A stretch of DNA of 64,000 nucleotides from Candidatus Enterousia sp. (lineage in GTDB: Bacteria > Pseudomonadota > Alphaproteobacteria > Rs-D84), in NCBI GenBank assembly GCA_045635825.1, contig JAZTWM010000001.1, positions 52,358-116,357 of the forward strand. Reading direction: 5' to 3'. Position 1 is the first letter of the stretch; each line of letters opens with the position of its first letter. The notes under the pieces are model-generated. The model saw nothing but the letters and a program-made list of their open reading frames with translations. It was not told the DNA's origin and searched no databases. The position numbers were made by a program, and so were the translations under genes. Positions 8,041 to 16,239 of the stretch are shown in pieces.

Positions 8041-9516
8041 ATGTCAGAAAACAAGCCAAATACACCAATGTCTACTAACGAATTGACCGCACGTCTGCAA
8101 AAGGCAGAAAATATACGCGAACGTGATGGGGTTGTTTGGAAGGATAAGTTTGATCGTACGCATACAATCGCTGATGCACGCACATTGAATGATGGTGATG
8201 CAGTACGTTTGGCCGGTCGTGTGACCGCACTGCGTTGGTTGGGTAAACTGATGTTTGGTCGCATTTATGATATTAATGGCGAAATTCAGTTTTCCATGTC
8301 ACGTGATGAACTGGGCGAAGAACAGTACAAGTTTATGAAGGCAAACGTTGACTTAGGTGACTTTATCGGCATTACTGGTGAAATATATCATACAACTGCT
8401 GGTGAATTAACTGTCAAGGTTTCTGCATATGATATATTGTCCAAGGCCCTGCGTCCATTACCAGAAAAGTATCATGGTTTGACCGATATGGAAACCAGAT
8501 ATCGCCAGCGTTATCTGGACATTATTGCCAACCCAGAAACACGTGAAACCATGAAAATGCGTTTTCAAATGTTGCGTTTAATTCGTGAATACCTGAACAA
8601 CAATGGCTTTGTAGAGGTTGAAACCCCAATCATGCAGGTTGTGGCATCTGGTGCGGCGGCACGTCCATTTATTACACATCACAACGCACTGGACGCAGAC
8701 TTTTATTTGCGTATTGCCCCAGAGTTGTTCTTAAAGCAGACAATCGCAGCCGGCTTTGATCGTGTATATGAAATGGGCAAGAATTTCCGCAACGAAGGCA
8801 TGGATGCAATGCATTTGCAAGAGTTTACAATGCTGGAATGGTATGCTGCATATTGGGACTATCCACGTAATATCGATTTTTCATGGCAGATGATTCAGCA
8901 TTTGCTGATGGAATTGCGTGGGACATTGCAGATTGAATACCAAGGTACCCAATTAGATTTCAGCAAATACGAAGAAATTGATTATACTGCCCGAATGAAC
9001 GAATTGTTGGGTGTTGATATTCTGGCATTTAATGACACAGATGCCTTAAAGGCCCAGTTGGTCGCCCAGGGTATGTTCCCGGCGGATGAACTAGAACCAT
9101 TAAAGTCTGTTCCTGCGATTGTTGACTATGTCTTTAAACGCAAGATTCGTGACCAAATTGTTCAGCCTGCTGTTGTATATAACTATCCTGCATATTTGAT
9201 ACCATTGGCACGTCGTAACAATGCGGACAATCGCCGTATTGATATATTCCAGTTGATTATCTGTGGGGCAGAGTTGATTAAGGCATATTCTGAATTGGTT
9301 GACCCAATTGTTCAACGCCAGGCATTTGAAGAACAGGCCGCAAACAAGGCTGCCGGCGACGACGAAGCCTTTGATGTGGACGAAGACTTTTTACGTGCAA
9401 TGGAACATGGTATGCCACCAATTTCTGGTTTGGGTCTTGGTATTGATAGATTCTTTGCAATCATCGCAAATCAGCCAACCCTGCGTGACGTGATACTGTT
9501 CCCAATAATGAAGTGA
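8041..9516 (+). CDS. lysS: lysyl-tRNA synthetase, class II
   Basis: GGAAARPFITHHNALD, FRNEGMD and anticodon-binding OB region; typical LysRS-II length and motifs. Confidence 0.9.
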   Translation: MSENKPNTPMSTNELTARLQKAENIRERDGVVWKDKFDRTHTIADARTLNDGDAVRLAGRVTALRWLGKLMFGRIYDINGEIQFSMSRDELGEEQYKFMKANVDLGDFIGITGEIYHTTAGELTVKVSAYDILSKALRPLPEKYHGLTDMETRYRQRYLDIIANPETRETMKMRFQMLRLIREYLNNNGFVEVETPIMQVVASGAAARPFITHHNALDADFYLRIAPELFLKQTIAAGFDRVYEMGKNFRNEGMDAMHLQEFTMLEWYAAYWDYPRNIDFSWQMIQHLLMELRGTLQIEYQGTQLDFSKYEEIDYTARMNELLGVDILAFNDTDALKAQLVAQGMFPADELEPLKSVPAIVDYVFKRKIRDQIVQPAVVYNYPAYLIPLARRNNADNRRIDIFQLIICGAELIKAYSELVDPIVQRQAFEEQAANKAAGDDEAFDVDEDFLRAMEHGMPPISGLGLGIDRFFAIIANQPTLRDVILFPIMK

Positions 9517-9533
9517 TATAAAAAGAGGTAATT

Positions 9534-10934
9534 ATGCCACACCCCGTTTCTGAAGCATACGCACAAGATGTCAGTAACGATAATGACAGCAAAAATCTAA
9601 TCACAATAAATCGTGCATTAGAGGCAGGCCGAATTAACGAACAAGCGGCAGATCATTTGCGTTTTTTGTATTCAGACAGCCTGAAATGGTTTCACGAGGT
9701 GTTTTATATCCTTGGCAAATGTTTCGGTGCACCCAAGACCGGTGTTATGAAATATGATTACGAAACAGACAGTGCCATTGACGAACCGATATCTGTTCGT
9801 GATATTCATCCGCTTCAGGCATATATTGTCCAGCATCGCTTGGATGCAGACCCAATGCGTAATCAGTTTTTTGCCAGTTCTGCCGGTCACAAAATTGATT
9901 TGGCGGTTTCATCCATTGTGACGGTTATTGTTGGTGCACAAAAAAACATTGATCGTGCCTTGGATAAAATTACTGGTAAATACTATGCTTCATATGTTGA
10001 CGAAGTTACCGATACTGTTTTCAAGGTTATCGCATCGCATGAACGCGAGGCATCTGCCCATGCAATCGCAACGAAAATTCGTGAAAAGTTGAATGAAAAA
10101 TACATATCAACACCGGCTGAAACTGTATTGCGTATCATTGGTTCGGGTCATGAACAAATTGCTGCGGATCTGGTACGTGCCTTGGACAAGGTTAAAAAGC
10201 CACGCATGCGTTTGCAGGACGTGTGGCGTGTCAAGTGCCTGTTTGACCTGATCCCTCAGGCCCGAACATTCATTGAACGCATTCAGGCAATGATGCCAGA
10301 ACGTATCTTATCTGTGCGTGATTGTTTTTATAATATGAAAAACCCACGTAATTATCGTGATGCCAAATTGATAATCAATATTGGTCCAGACGCTGATACG
10401 ATTATTCCAATGGAAATAATATGTCAGGTTCGTACATTCTTTGGCTTTGAACGCAAAACACACGATGTGTACGAGGTTTCGCGTAAAAAGAAAAATGCCA
10501 AATCTGAAAGTTTAGAAGCAAGTCTTGCAAATTATTATGAGTGTGGCGTCAAAGAATACAATCGTATGATTTGCGACTGCTTGGAAGATTTGTTTGATCG
10601 TGTTGGCTGGAATATTTTGTATTCCAGAAACAACAACGTTTCAATGTTCGAGGGATTCCCAAAAGAATGCAAATTGTATTACCCACAAAAAATACTGGAT
10701 AATATAAATGAAAAGTTAGATGATGCGATTGAAAATGAAGTATTTAAAATCAAGAACGCACCGTTCAAACTGACACCTGTGCAAGAAAGTGCAATCTTTC
10801 ATTTTATGGCGCGCTTCATTCTGGTTGCTGCGATGCCATATATGCAACATGACTGGGCGATGCCAACGGATTCCCAGGCTGGTAAACTGTTTAACTTTGT
10901 TATGAACGAAGTGCAACGGTACTATAAAAAATAA
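9534..10934 (+). CDS. hypothetical protein; possible divergent RelA/SpoT-like nucleotidyltransferase core
   Basis: Central region ATKIREKLNEK ... LQDVWRVKCLF ... RDCFYNMKNPRNYRDAKLII has spacing reminiscent of RelA_SpoT synthetase motifs (KxxSIxxKL / DxxGxRxI / DYIxxPKxNGYxSLH). The match is weak. Confidence 0.3.
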   Translation: MPHPVSEAYAQDVSNDNDSKNLITINRALEAGRINEQAADHLRFLYSDSLKWFHEVFYILGKCFGAPKTGVMKYDYETDSAIDEPISVRDIHPLQAYIVQHRLDADPMRNQFFASSAGHKIDLAVSSIVTVIVGAQKNIDRALDKITGKYYASYVDEVTDTVFKVIASHEREASAHAIATKIREKLNEKYISTPAETVLRIIGSGHEQIAADLVRALDKVKKPRMRLQDVWRVKCLFDLIPQARTFIERIQAMMPERILSVRDCFYNMKNPRNYRDAKLIINIGPDADTIIPMEIICQVRTFFGFERKTHDVYEVSRKKKNAKSESLEASLANYYECGVKEYNRMICDCLEDLFDRVGWNILYSRNNNVSMFEGFPKECKLYYPQKILDNINEKLDDAIENEVFKIKNAPFKLTPVQESAIFHFMARFILVAAMPYMQHDWAMPTDSQAGKLFNFVMNEVQRYYKK

Positions 10935-10983
10935 ATCTATCCCCCTTTCTTGGTCAAAGGGGGATATTTATGATGTAATCCAT

Positions 10984-11087
10984 AAAAAAAGACGAACAAA
11001 TACCGTTCGCCGAATAAACACATTATATCACAAAACATAGAAAAATCCCAATAAAAAACGTCCCATTTGGGACGTTTGATAATGGGG
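10984..11087. repeat. left copy of a ~105-bp imperfect direct repeat (terminator hairpins plus spacer)
   Basis: About 85% identical to 13230-13333; both copies end in the identical 35-nt AAAAAACGTCCCATTTGGGACGTTTGATAATGGGG. Confidence 0.7.
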
Positions 11088-11273
11088 CCCCATATTTGAC
11101 AGCGTTCTACCCCAAGACGTGCAACAAGTACTTGATTTAGACCCATTGCTGGACGAGGTGTTAGCGGAAATAAAAAATCATACCAGTAAGTTGTGTAACG
11201 TTCCTGATTGATTCAACGTGACCTGTGTATAATGTCATTGACAGACAATATAAATCTAAATAAGATTTGAAGT

Positions 11274-11678
11274 ATGAAGAAGTTATTGTTTGTTTTTTGT
11301 GTGTTTACTGCGTTATCACACGTCGGTTTTGCAAAATCTGATTATATTGCAATGATGCAAAGTTGTGATACAGAATACGAAAATGCCAGCAAACGTGCCA
11401 ATACGACCATAGAAATTGTACAATCAATAGACACGCATACGGAATGCTATAAGGCAATTGTTTCAGAAATAATAACAGCAAAATATAAACAAAACCATGA
11501 AAGCATGTGGAATAATTTTATTCAATATACAGACAGTGCCGCAGATGCGACATCATATATTCAGCGCCCAGATTCTTGTTATCCACAGTGCGGTTCAATC
11601 ATTGGGATAAATGCGGCGACATCAAAATTCGATGCCACCAAACAATACCTGGAACAACTGATGTCGATGAATCAATAA
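11274..11678 (+). CDS. secreted Cys-containing hypothetical protein
   Basis: N-terminal signal peptide MKKLLFVFCVFTALSHVGFA; several Cys; no known motif. Confidence 0.45.
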   Translation: MKKLLFVFCVFTALSHVGFAKSDYIAMMQSCDTEYENASKRANTTIEIVQSIDTHTECYKAIVSEIITAKYKQNHESMWNNFIQYTDSAADATSYIQRPDSCYPQCGSIIGINAATSKFDATKQYLEQLMSMNQ

Positions 11679-12017
11679 TCACTTATCGCGCTGAAAATAA
11701 AACTTACATCCGTCCAAATAGACGTATATCAAATCAGAATTTGCAACATAAAATTTTTCTATTGTGCCTGTATCTTTTTTTACCAGAATTTCTTGTGCGT
11801 TTTCATCAATATCAAAATCGCCGATGGTAATGTTTGCAGCATTGATTTCAACAGCAGTATTTTCATAATAACTTTGCACCATCCAATCGCAATCTGCGGT
11901 TATATATCCAGCATATTCAAATCGGTCAAAAGACCATTTGCCACAGAACTCACAAGATTTGCTGTCTGTAGAGCTACAACCAATCAAAAATACACAAACC
12001 AAAACTATCTTTTTCAT
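11679..12017 (-). CDS. lipoprotein, hypothetical; start trimmed to MKKIVLV
   Basis: MKKIVLVCVFLIGCSS carries a lipobox (LIGC); ~100-aa mature domain with 4 further Cys. Confidence 0.45.
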   Translation of the reverse strand: MKKIVLVCVFLIGCSSTDSKSCEFCGKWSFDRFEYAGYITADCDWMVQSYYENTAVEINAANITIGDFDIDENAQEILVKKDTGTIEKFYVANSDLIYVYLDGCKFYFQRDK

Positions 12018-12049
12018 GCAACACAGTATAAATGATACGATTGTAAAAA

Positions 12050-13189
12050 TCAATATATACCACGTTTATACAAGTTCCATTCATGTTGCCTGCGGTTAAT
12101 TAAACCGTTTGATACTTTTCCCTGGGTGCGATTCCAGGCTTTCCATGCGGATTCCAAATCCGAATAAACAGAGCTATGAAAATCAGGATTGTTTATATAT
12201 TTCACAACCGTAGAATTTTTGAAACCACTTGTACCAATATTATACGCCAAAGATACAAGAGCATCATATTGGGGTTGCGACATTTGTGCTGTAATATTGT
12301 CTTGTACAGCGCGTTCTGCCGTGGCTATATCAGAACGTAATAATGCAATCGCCTGCTGTTCTGTGATTCCGTTTGTAAAATCTTCACCTGGCTTTACCAA
12401 ATGCCCATAACCAATTGTTGCGCCTTTTGGCAAAGGCTCGTTCGTATTTACTGGTTTTTTCGTAGCATCATCATATATAACATGATTGCCCAGCTTGTCT
12501 AACACTCTATCTTCCTTGCCTTTCAACCACTCGATACCTTTATCGCTCATTTTCATATCACTTGCCTTTTGTGTGTCTGGCTTTTGGCCTTTATAAACCT
12601 TGCTGTCTATTTTCTTGCCGTTTTTGTCCAGTTCTATTTCTTCAACCCAACAGCGACAGTTTGGATGAACGGGACAAACAGGTATATCTTCTTTGTTTTC
12701 ATAGACTGTTCCATCGTTCCCCGAACATTCATCGCATGTATTTTCACCATGTTCGCTGTGCCACCGCCATATTTTTGGGGCAATTGCGAATTCTGGAATT
12801 TCCAGTTTATATGTACTCAATTTGTCGTCTGCAATGTAACCGCCCGGCATTAAAACCCTGACTGGTATTGGATCGCCGGGAACAACATATTCTTCGATAT
12901 CAAAATTAAAACCGATTGTTTCAAAGTAATCACCGTATGTGTCCAGGACATCTGCTTCTGCCTCGCTTTTATCGGACTCGAACTCTGCATCTATTTCATG
13001 CTGGGCGTCATAAAACTGTTCCAATGTCATATCGTATTCTGGGCGCATCATACGCCCTGTGGCATCAAATTGCACAGTCCCCGGATATAGGATATTCATA
13101 TACTTGGTTGCCCGCTTGTATGTTTCGCTGGTTTTATCACCGTATTCGGGTGAAGTTATCAGTTCTTGTAAAAATTTTGGTGTTTGCAT
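12050..13189 (-). CDS. fusion of phage MuF-like head-morphogenesis C-terminal region with a GH24 phage-type lysozyme
   Basis: CDECSGNDG..VCPVHPNCRCWV is the MuF C-terminal Cys/His motif. TIGYGHLV..GITEQQAIALLRSDI..YDALVSLAYNIG..GLINRRQHEWNLYKRG is the lambda/P21 R-type lysozyme signature. Confidence 0.65.
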   Translation of the reverse strand: MQTPKFLQELITSPEYGDKTSETYKRATKYMNILYPGTVQFDATGRMMRPEYDMTLEQFYDAQHEIDAEFESDKSEAEADVLDTYGDYFETIGFNFDIEEYVVPGDPIPVRVLMPGGYIADDKLSTYKLEIPEFAIAPKIWRWHSEHGENTCDECSGNDGTVYENKEDIPVCPVHPNCRCWVEEIELDKNGKKIDSKVYKGQKPDTQKASDMKMSDKGIEWLKGKEDRVLDKLGNHVIYDDATKKPVNTNEPLPKGATIGYGHLVKPGEDFTNGITEQQAIALLRSDIATAERAVQDNITAQMSQPQYDALVSLAYNIGTSGFKNSTVVKYINNPDFHSSVYSDLESAWKAWNRTQGKVSNGLINRRQHEWNLYKRGIY

Positions 13190-13229
13190 TTTCTTCCCCC
13201 ATAAAAAAACACCCGCGTGTGCGGGTAAT

Positions 13230-13333
13230 AAAAAAAGACGACCAAATGTCGTCCGCTGAATGTACGTATTATATCATAAAACGCACAGAAAAATCAATAA
13301 AAAACGTCCCATTTGGGACGTTTGATAATGGGG
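13230..13333. repeat. right copy of the ~105-bp imperfect direct repeat; its last 5 nt overlap the 3' end of tRNA-His
   Basis: See left copy; contains hairpins GACGAC-caaat-GTCGTC and ACGTCCCA-ttt-GGGACGT acting as terminators for the minus-strand tRNA. Confidence 0.7.
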
Positions 13334-13406
13334 CGGATAACCGGACTCGAACCGGCGACATTTGGTACCACAAACCAACGCTCTAACCAACTGAGCTATA
13401 TCCGCC
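13329..13406 (-). tRNA. tRNA-His (anticodon GTG) with encoded G-1 and CCA
   Basis: G-GCGGATA..anticodon arm TTGGT-TTGTGGT-ACCAA..T-arm GCCGG-TTCGAGT-CCGGT..TATCCGC-C-CCA; G-1 pairs with C73. Confidence 0.85.
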
Positions 13407-13436
13407 ATACTGTGGGTCATACGACCTGATTTTTTT

Positions 13437-13510
13437 TGGTGGAGCTGATCGGACTCGAACCGACGAGATGCGTGTTGCATGCCATCAAGTGTCCAACCCG
13501 TCCATCAAGG
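13437..13510 (-). pseudogene. partial tRNA-Ala copy (3' ~55 nt: acceptor 3' strand, T-arm, part of anticodon arm); cannot fold as a tRNA
   Basis: First 30 nt TGGTGGAGCTGATCGGACTCGAACCGACGA are identical to the adjacent full tRNA-Ala, and TTGCATGCCAT is shared, but the 5' half diverges and the acceptor stem cannot pair. Confidence 0.6.
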
Positions 13511-13518
13511 TTTTTCTT

Positions 13519-13594
13519 TGGTGGAGCTGATCGGACTCGAACCGACGACCCCTTGCATGCCATGCAAGTGCTCTACCAACTGAGCTACAACCCC
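13519..13594 (-). tRNA. tRNA-Ala (anticodon GGC) with G3:U70 identity pair and encoded CCA
   Basis: GGGGTTGTAGCTCAGTTGGTAGAGCA-CTTGC-ATGGCAT-GCAAG-GGGTC-GTCGGTTCGAGTCCGATCAGCTCCACCA. Confidence 0.85.
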
Positions 13595-13714
13595 ATGCAA
13601 GGCAATATTCTACACACATTCTGTAAAAAAGTCAACCCAAAATCACAAGAAATCTTTTTTACTTGGTTGTGTGCATAAATCCGCCCACGTGTGGGGCGGA
13701 TTTAATCTTTGCAT

Positions 13715-14731
13715 TTAGTGTTGTGCCTGCGTTTCGTGCAAACTGGCATAAACTTCTTTTGCTTTTTTCTGTGCTGCCTTGACACCGCGACTGAACAAGC
13801 TTGCCTGCATGTTTTTGATTGCGATAATCAACGTTGCGGTTGCGGATTGGTATTTATCCACATCCTTTTTTGCTGTGCCCAATGAATTTACCAGCATTTC
13901 TACAGTTTCTTTTTTTTCTGCTAATTCTGCATTTGCTGTCCCCAACATGGATTCTGCGGTTTCGGCACGTTTACGCAGTTCTGCGGCTTCTGCTGTCAAT
14001 GACTTGATTGAACGTTGGTCTGCGTTTGACATTGTTGGGATGAATTTCTTAAAGTTTGGTGTCAACAATTTGTCTGCATTGTATTCCTGACAAATTCTAT
14101 CATATGTTTTTTGATCTTGTGCGAATACGTGCTTTGCGCAGTCAATAACTGTTTTAGAGATAGTCTGGATTGTTGCCGCAACTGGAATAGTCTGGTCCAG
14201 ACAGTACTGGATTTCTTTGCGTGCCAACTTTTCGACATCCGCAAAGATGATTGCTTTGCTGCCTGGTTCTGAAATATAGACTAATTGCGCCAAATCGTGA
14301 CTTGTTGCATGTTCGCTGGCTGCACACATTTTAATTGCGTTCTTGCCTATGCTGGTTGCGGGGTTAGATGCCGCTTTCAATACTTCGTATACCAGCTTTG
14401 TATCTTTTACGTGTCTTAATGTCAACAGCAATTCCTGCAAAGCGTTTACGTCTTCCTGTTTTTTGGAAAACGCAACGGCTGCGCGCGCCCTATATAACAT
14501 GTTCAAGACGTGCATATCGGCTGCTTGATTTGCTGATGTGCCTTGTGCTGCACGGGCACTACGCATCGCTGCAACGATTGGGGATTTAGAGTTATCAAAC
14601 AACTGTTGATCGTTAAATGCGCTAACTTCGCCTGTAATAAATTTCATCGCTCTTACAGCATCTGAATATTTGCTGCCCAAGAACAATTCCTTAATAGCTT
14701 GTTCGAAATCGAATGAGATTTTGCTATTCAT
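13715..14731 (-). CDS. hypothetical protein with C-terminal coiled coil
   Basis: No known motif. C-terminal 90 aa (AEAAELRKRAETAESMLGTANAELAEKKETVEML...) are coiled-coil-like. Confidence 0.4.
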   Translation of the reverse strand: MNSKISFDFEQAIKELFLGSKYSDAVRAMKFITGEVSAFNDQQLFDNSKSPIVAAMRSARAAQGTSANQAADMHVLNMLYRARAAVAFSKKQEDVNALQELLLTLRHVKDTKLVYEVLKAASNPATSIGKNAIKMCAASEHATSHDLAQLVYISEPGSKAIIFADVEKLARKEIQYCLDQTIPVAATIQTISKTVIDCAKHVFAQDQKTYDRICQEYNADKLLTPNFKKFIPTMSNADQRSIKSLTAEAAELRKRAETAESMLGTANAELAEKKETVEMLVNSLGTAKKDVDKYQSATATLIIAIKNMQASLFSRGVKAAQKKAKEVYASLHETQAQH

Positions 14732-14871
14732 AATTTACTTCCTTTTTGATTGGTTTTATTTATTGCTAATAATATAGCACAATAAAAACGTTTGTCAAGT
14801 ATTTTAAAAAAATATCCCTTTGCCTTTGGGGTAATTTGGTGACGATTATACGGTTGTAATATAATGAGATT

Positions 14872-14897
14872 AAAAAATCCCCAAAATGGGGATTTTC
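14872..14897. terminator. intrinsic terminator AAAAAATCCCC-AAAAT-GGGGATTTTC
   Basis: Same terminator family as 7021; lies between the two coiled-coil ORFs. Confidence 0.55.
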
Positions 14898-14916
14898 TTT
14901 ACAGTGTATTGGAATG

Positions 14917-16098
14917 TTACAGGCTCTTGCCCATGTCTTCGGCCATTTTTTGATAGTCTTTAACGCCACTGCTGCCCAGACCTGATTTCATGCGTTTTGC
15001 ACCCGCAATCAACCGTTTTAATTTGTCTTCTGTGTTTTCTTTGGACTGACCCAGGCTATCGTTTGCTCGACGCAGGGACTCGTTTTCACGTGTCAATTCT
15101 GCGTTTTGTTGTTTTGCATCCATTAATGCTGTGCGTTCCGCTACTAATTCTTGTTTTGACCTTTCCAGGTTTGCCTGCAATTCTGCCACTTGTTTTTGCA
15201 GTGCATCAATTTTTGCAACATCTGCGGTGGATAATTTTTGCATATATGCCACCGCATCTGGCATTATCAGTTTTTCCATTTTGTATTTATCTACCTGCTC
15301 TTGATACTGTGCACCTGTAATTGCTTTGGCTTGCTGTGCACGATATGCAATTCTTAGTGACGTATCAATCGTACGTTGTACTTCCTGCATATTTGGTGAT
15401 TCTTTGGCTAATTCCTTGGCCAAGAAAGAAGATGTCATTTTGTCTGCGTCTTCATACAGTTTTTGGAATGTTGCCACATCATGCTGTGGTGTAATATAAG
15501 ACAGATATTCCAGGTCATCCACAGTTGCCAATGGGCTGTTTGCACGAAGTGTTATCGCCATTTTTTGACTGGCCGGACTGCTTTCATTTGCAACGCCCCT
15601 GGATAAATATTTCAGCAATTGATGTTTGGTTTCTTCGTTTTGCACTTGATTGAACTTTTGCAACATCATCAATCGCATGTTTTCAATTTCTTTTTCATTT
15701 CTTGGCATCGGTTCCAAGACTTTTATACTTTCCGGCGATAAATAACGAATATCCCTGTTCGTATAAAACAGACGTGATATATTTTTCAGTCTGGCAACAA
15801 AATTTTGTGCTTCTGGTGTGTCTGGATTTTTTCTGACTCTGTTCATGTGATCTATGAAATATACAATTTTCTGTATATATAATTTTTCTGGCCCCGACAT
15901 CCTATCTGATTGCATTTGTTTTTCCAGATTTTCAGTGCCCTTGCTAAAATTGTCCTCCAGGCGTTTATCTGGATGACCACTGGCATACAGACAGGAATCT
16001 GCCCAGAACCCCAGCCCCACAATTGGCAAAAACTCATCGTTTTGCAAAATCAACTCTGCCAAGGTTTCAAGACTCATATATTGTTTTTTGTCTTCCAT
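14917..16098 (-). CDS. hypothetical protein with long C-terminal coiled coil
   Basis: No known motif. C-terminus ALQKQVAELQANLERSKQELVAERTALMDAKQQNAELTRENESLRRAND is a strong heptad coiled coil. Confidence 0.4.
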   Translation of the reverse strand: MEDKKQYMSLETLAELILQNDEFLPIVGLGFWADSCLYASGHPDKRLEDNFSKGTENLEKQMQSDRMSGPEKLYIQKIVYFIDHMNRVRKNPDTPEAQNFVARLKNISRLFYTNRDIRYLSPESIKVLEPMPRNEKEIENMRLMMLQKFNQVQNEETKHQLLKYLSRGVANESSPASQKMAITLRANSPLATVDDLEYLSYITPQHDVATFQKLYEDADKMTSSFLAKELAKESPNMQEVQRTIDTSLRIAYRAQQAKAITGAQYQEQVDKYKMEKLIMPDAVAYMQKLSTADVAKIDALQKQVAELQANLERSKQELVAERTALMDAKQQNAELTRENESLRRANDSLGQSKENTEDKLKRLIAGAKRMKSGLGSSGVKDYQKMAEDMGKSL

Positions 16099-16239
16099 TT
16101 AAAATCTCCCTATATTCATAGTATGAATTATAGCATAAAAAAGACCGCCAGACCACTAATAAAAACTTATATGATTTCTACTTGCCAAGTGCTAAATCAA
16201 TTTGCTAATCTACAAACGTGATTTATCAAGGAGTATTAA

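Larger units (their letters stand above)
10984..13333. mobile_element. putative integrated phage-remnant islet next to tRNA-His, bounded by direct repeats, no integrase
   Basis: Direct repeats at both ends; the right repeat overlaps the 3' terminus of tRNA-His; the interior encodes a MuF/GH24 lysozyme fusion and two exported proteins. Confidence 0.4.

Noticed and set aside
7779-8264. 161-aa minus-strand ORF overlapping the lysS 5' end and the tRNA-Gly/lysS intergenic region
   Set aside because: Antisense to lysS, with low-complexity translation and no motifs; most likely spurious.
10984-13333. Looked for an integrase/recombinase in or beside the repeat-flanked islet
   Set aside because: None of the three ORFs shows tyrosine or serine recombinase motifs. 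The nearest recombinase is xerC at 32171, which is the chromosomal dimer-resolution enzyme, not an island integrase.
13437-13510. Upstream tRNA-Ala-like segment considered as a second functional tRNA
   Set aside because: The 5' half cannot pair with the 3' acceptor strand and no D-arm is formed, so it is called a partial pseudo-tRNA instead.
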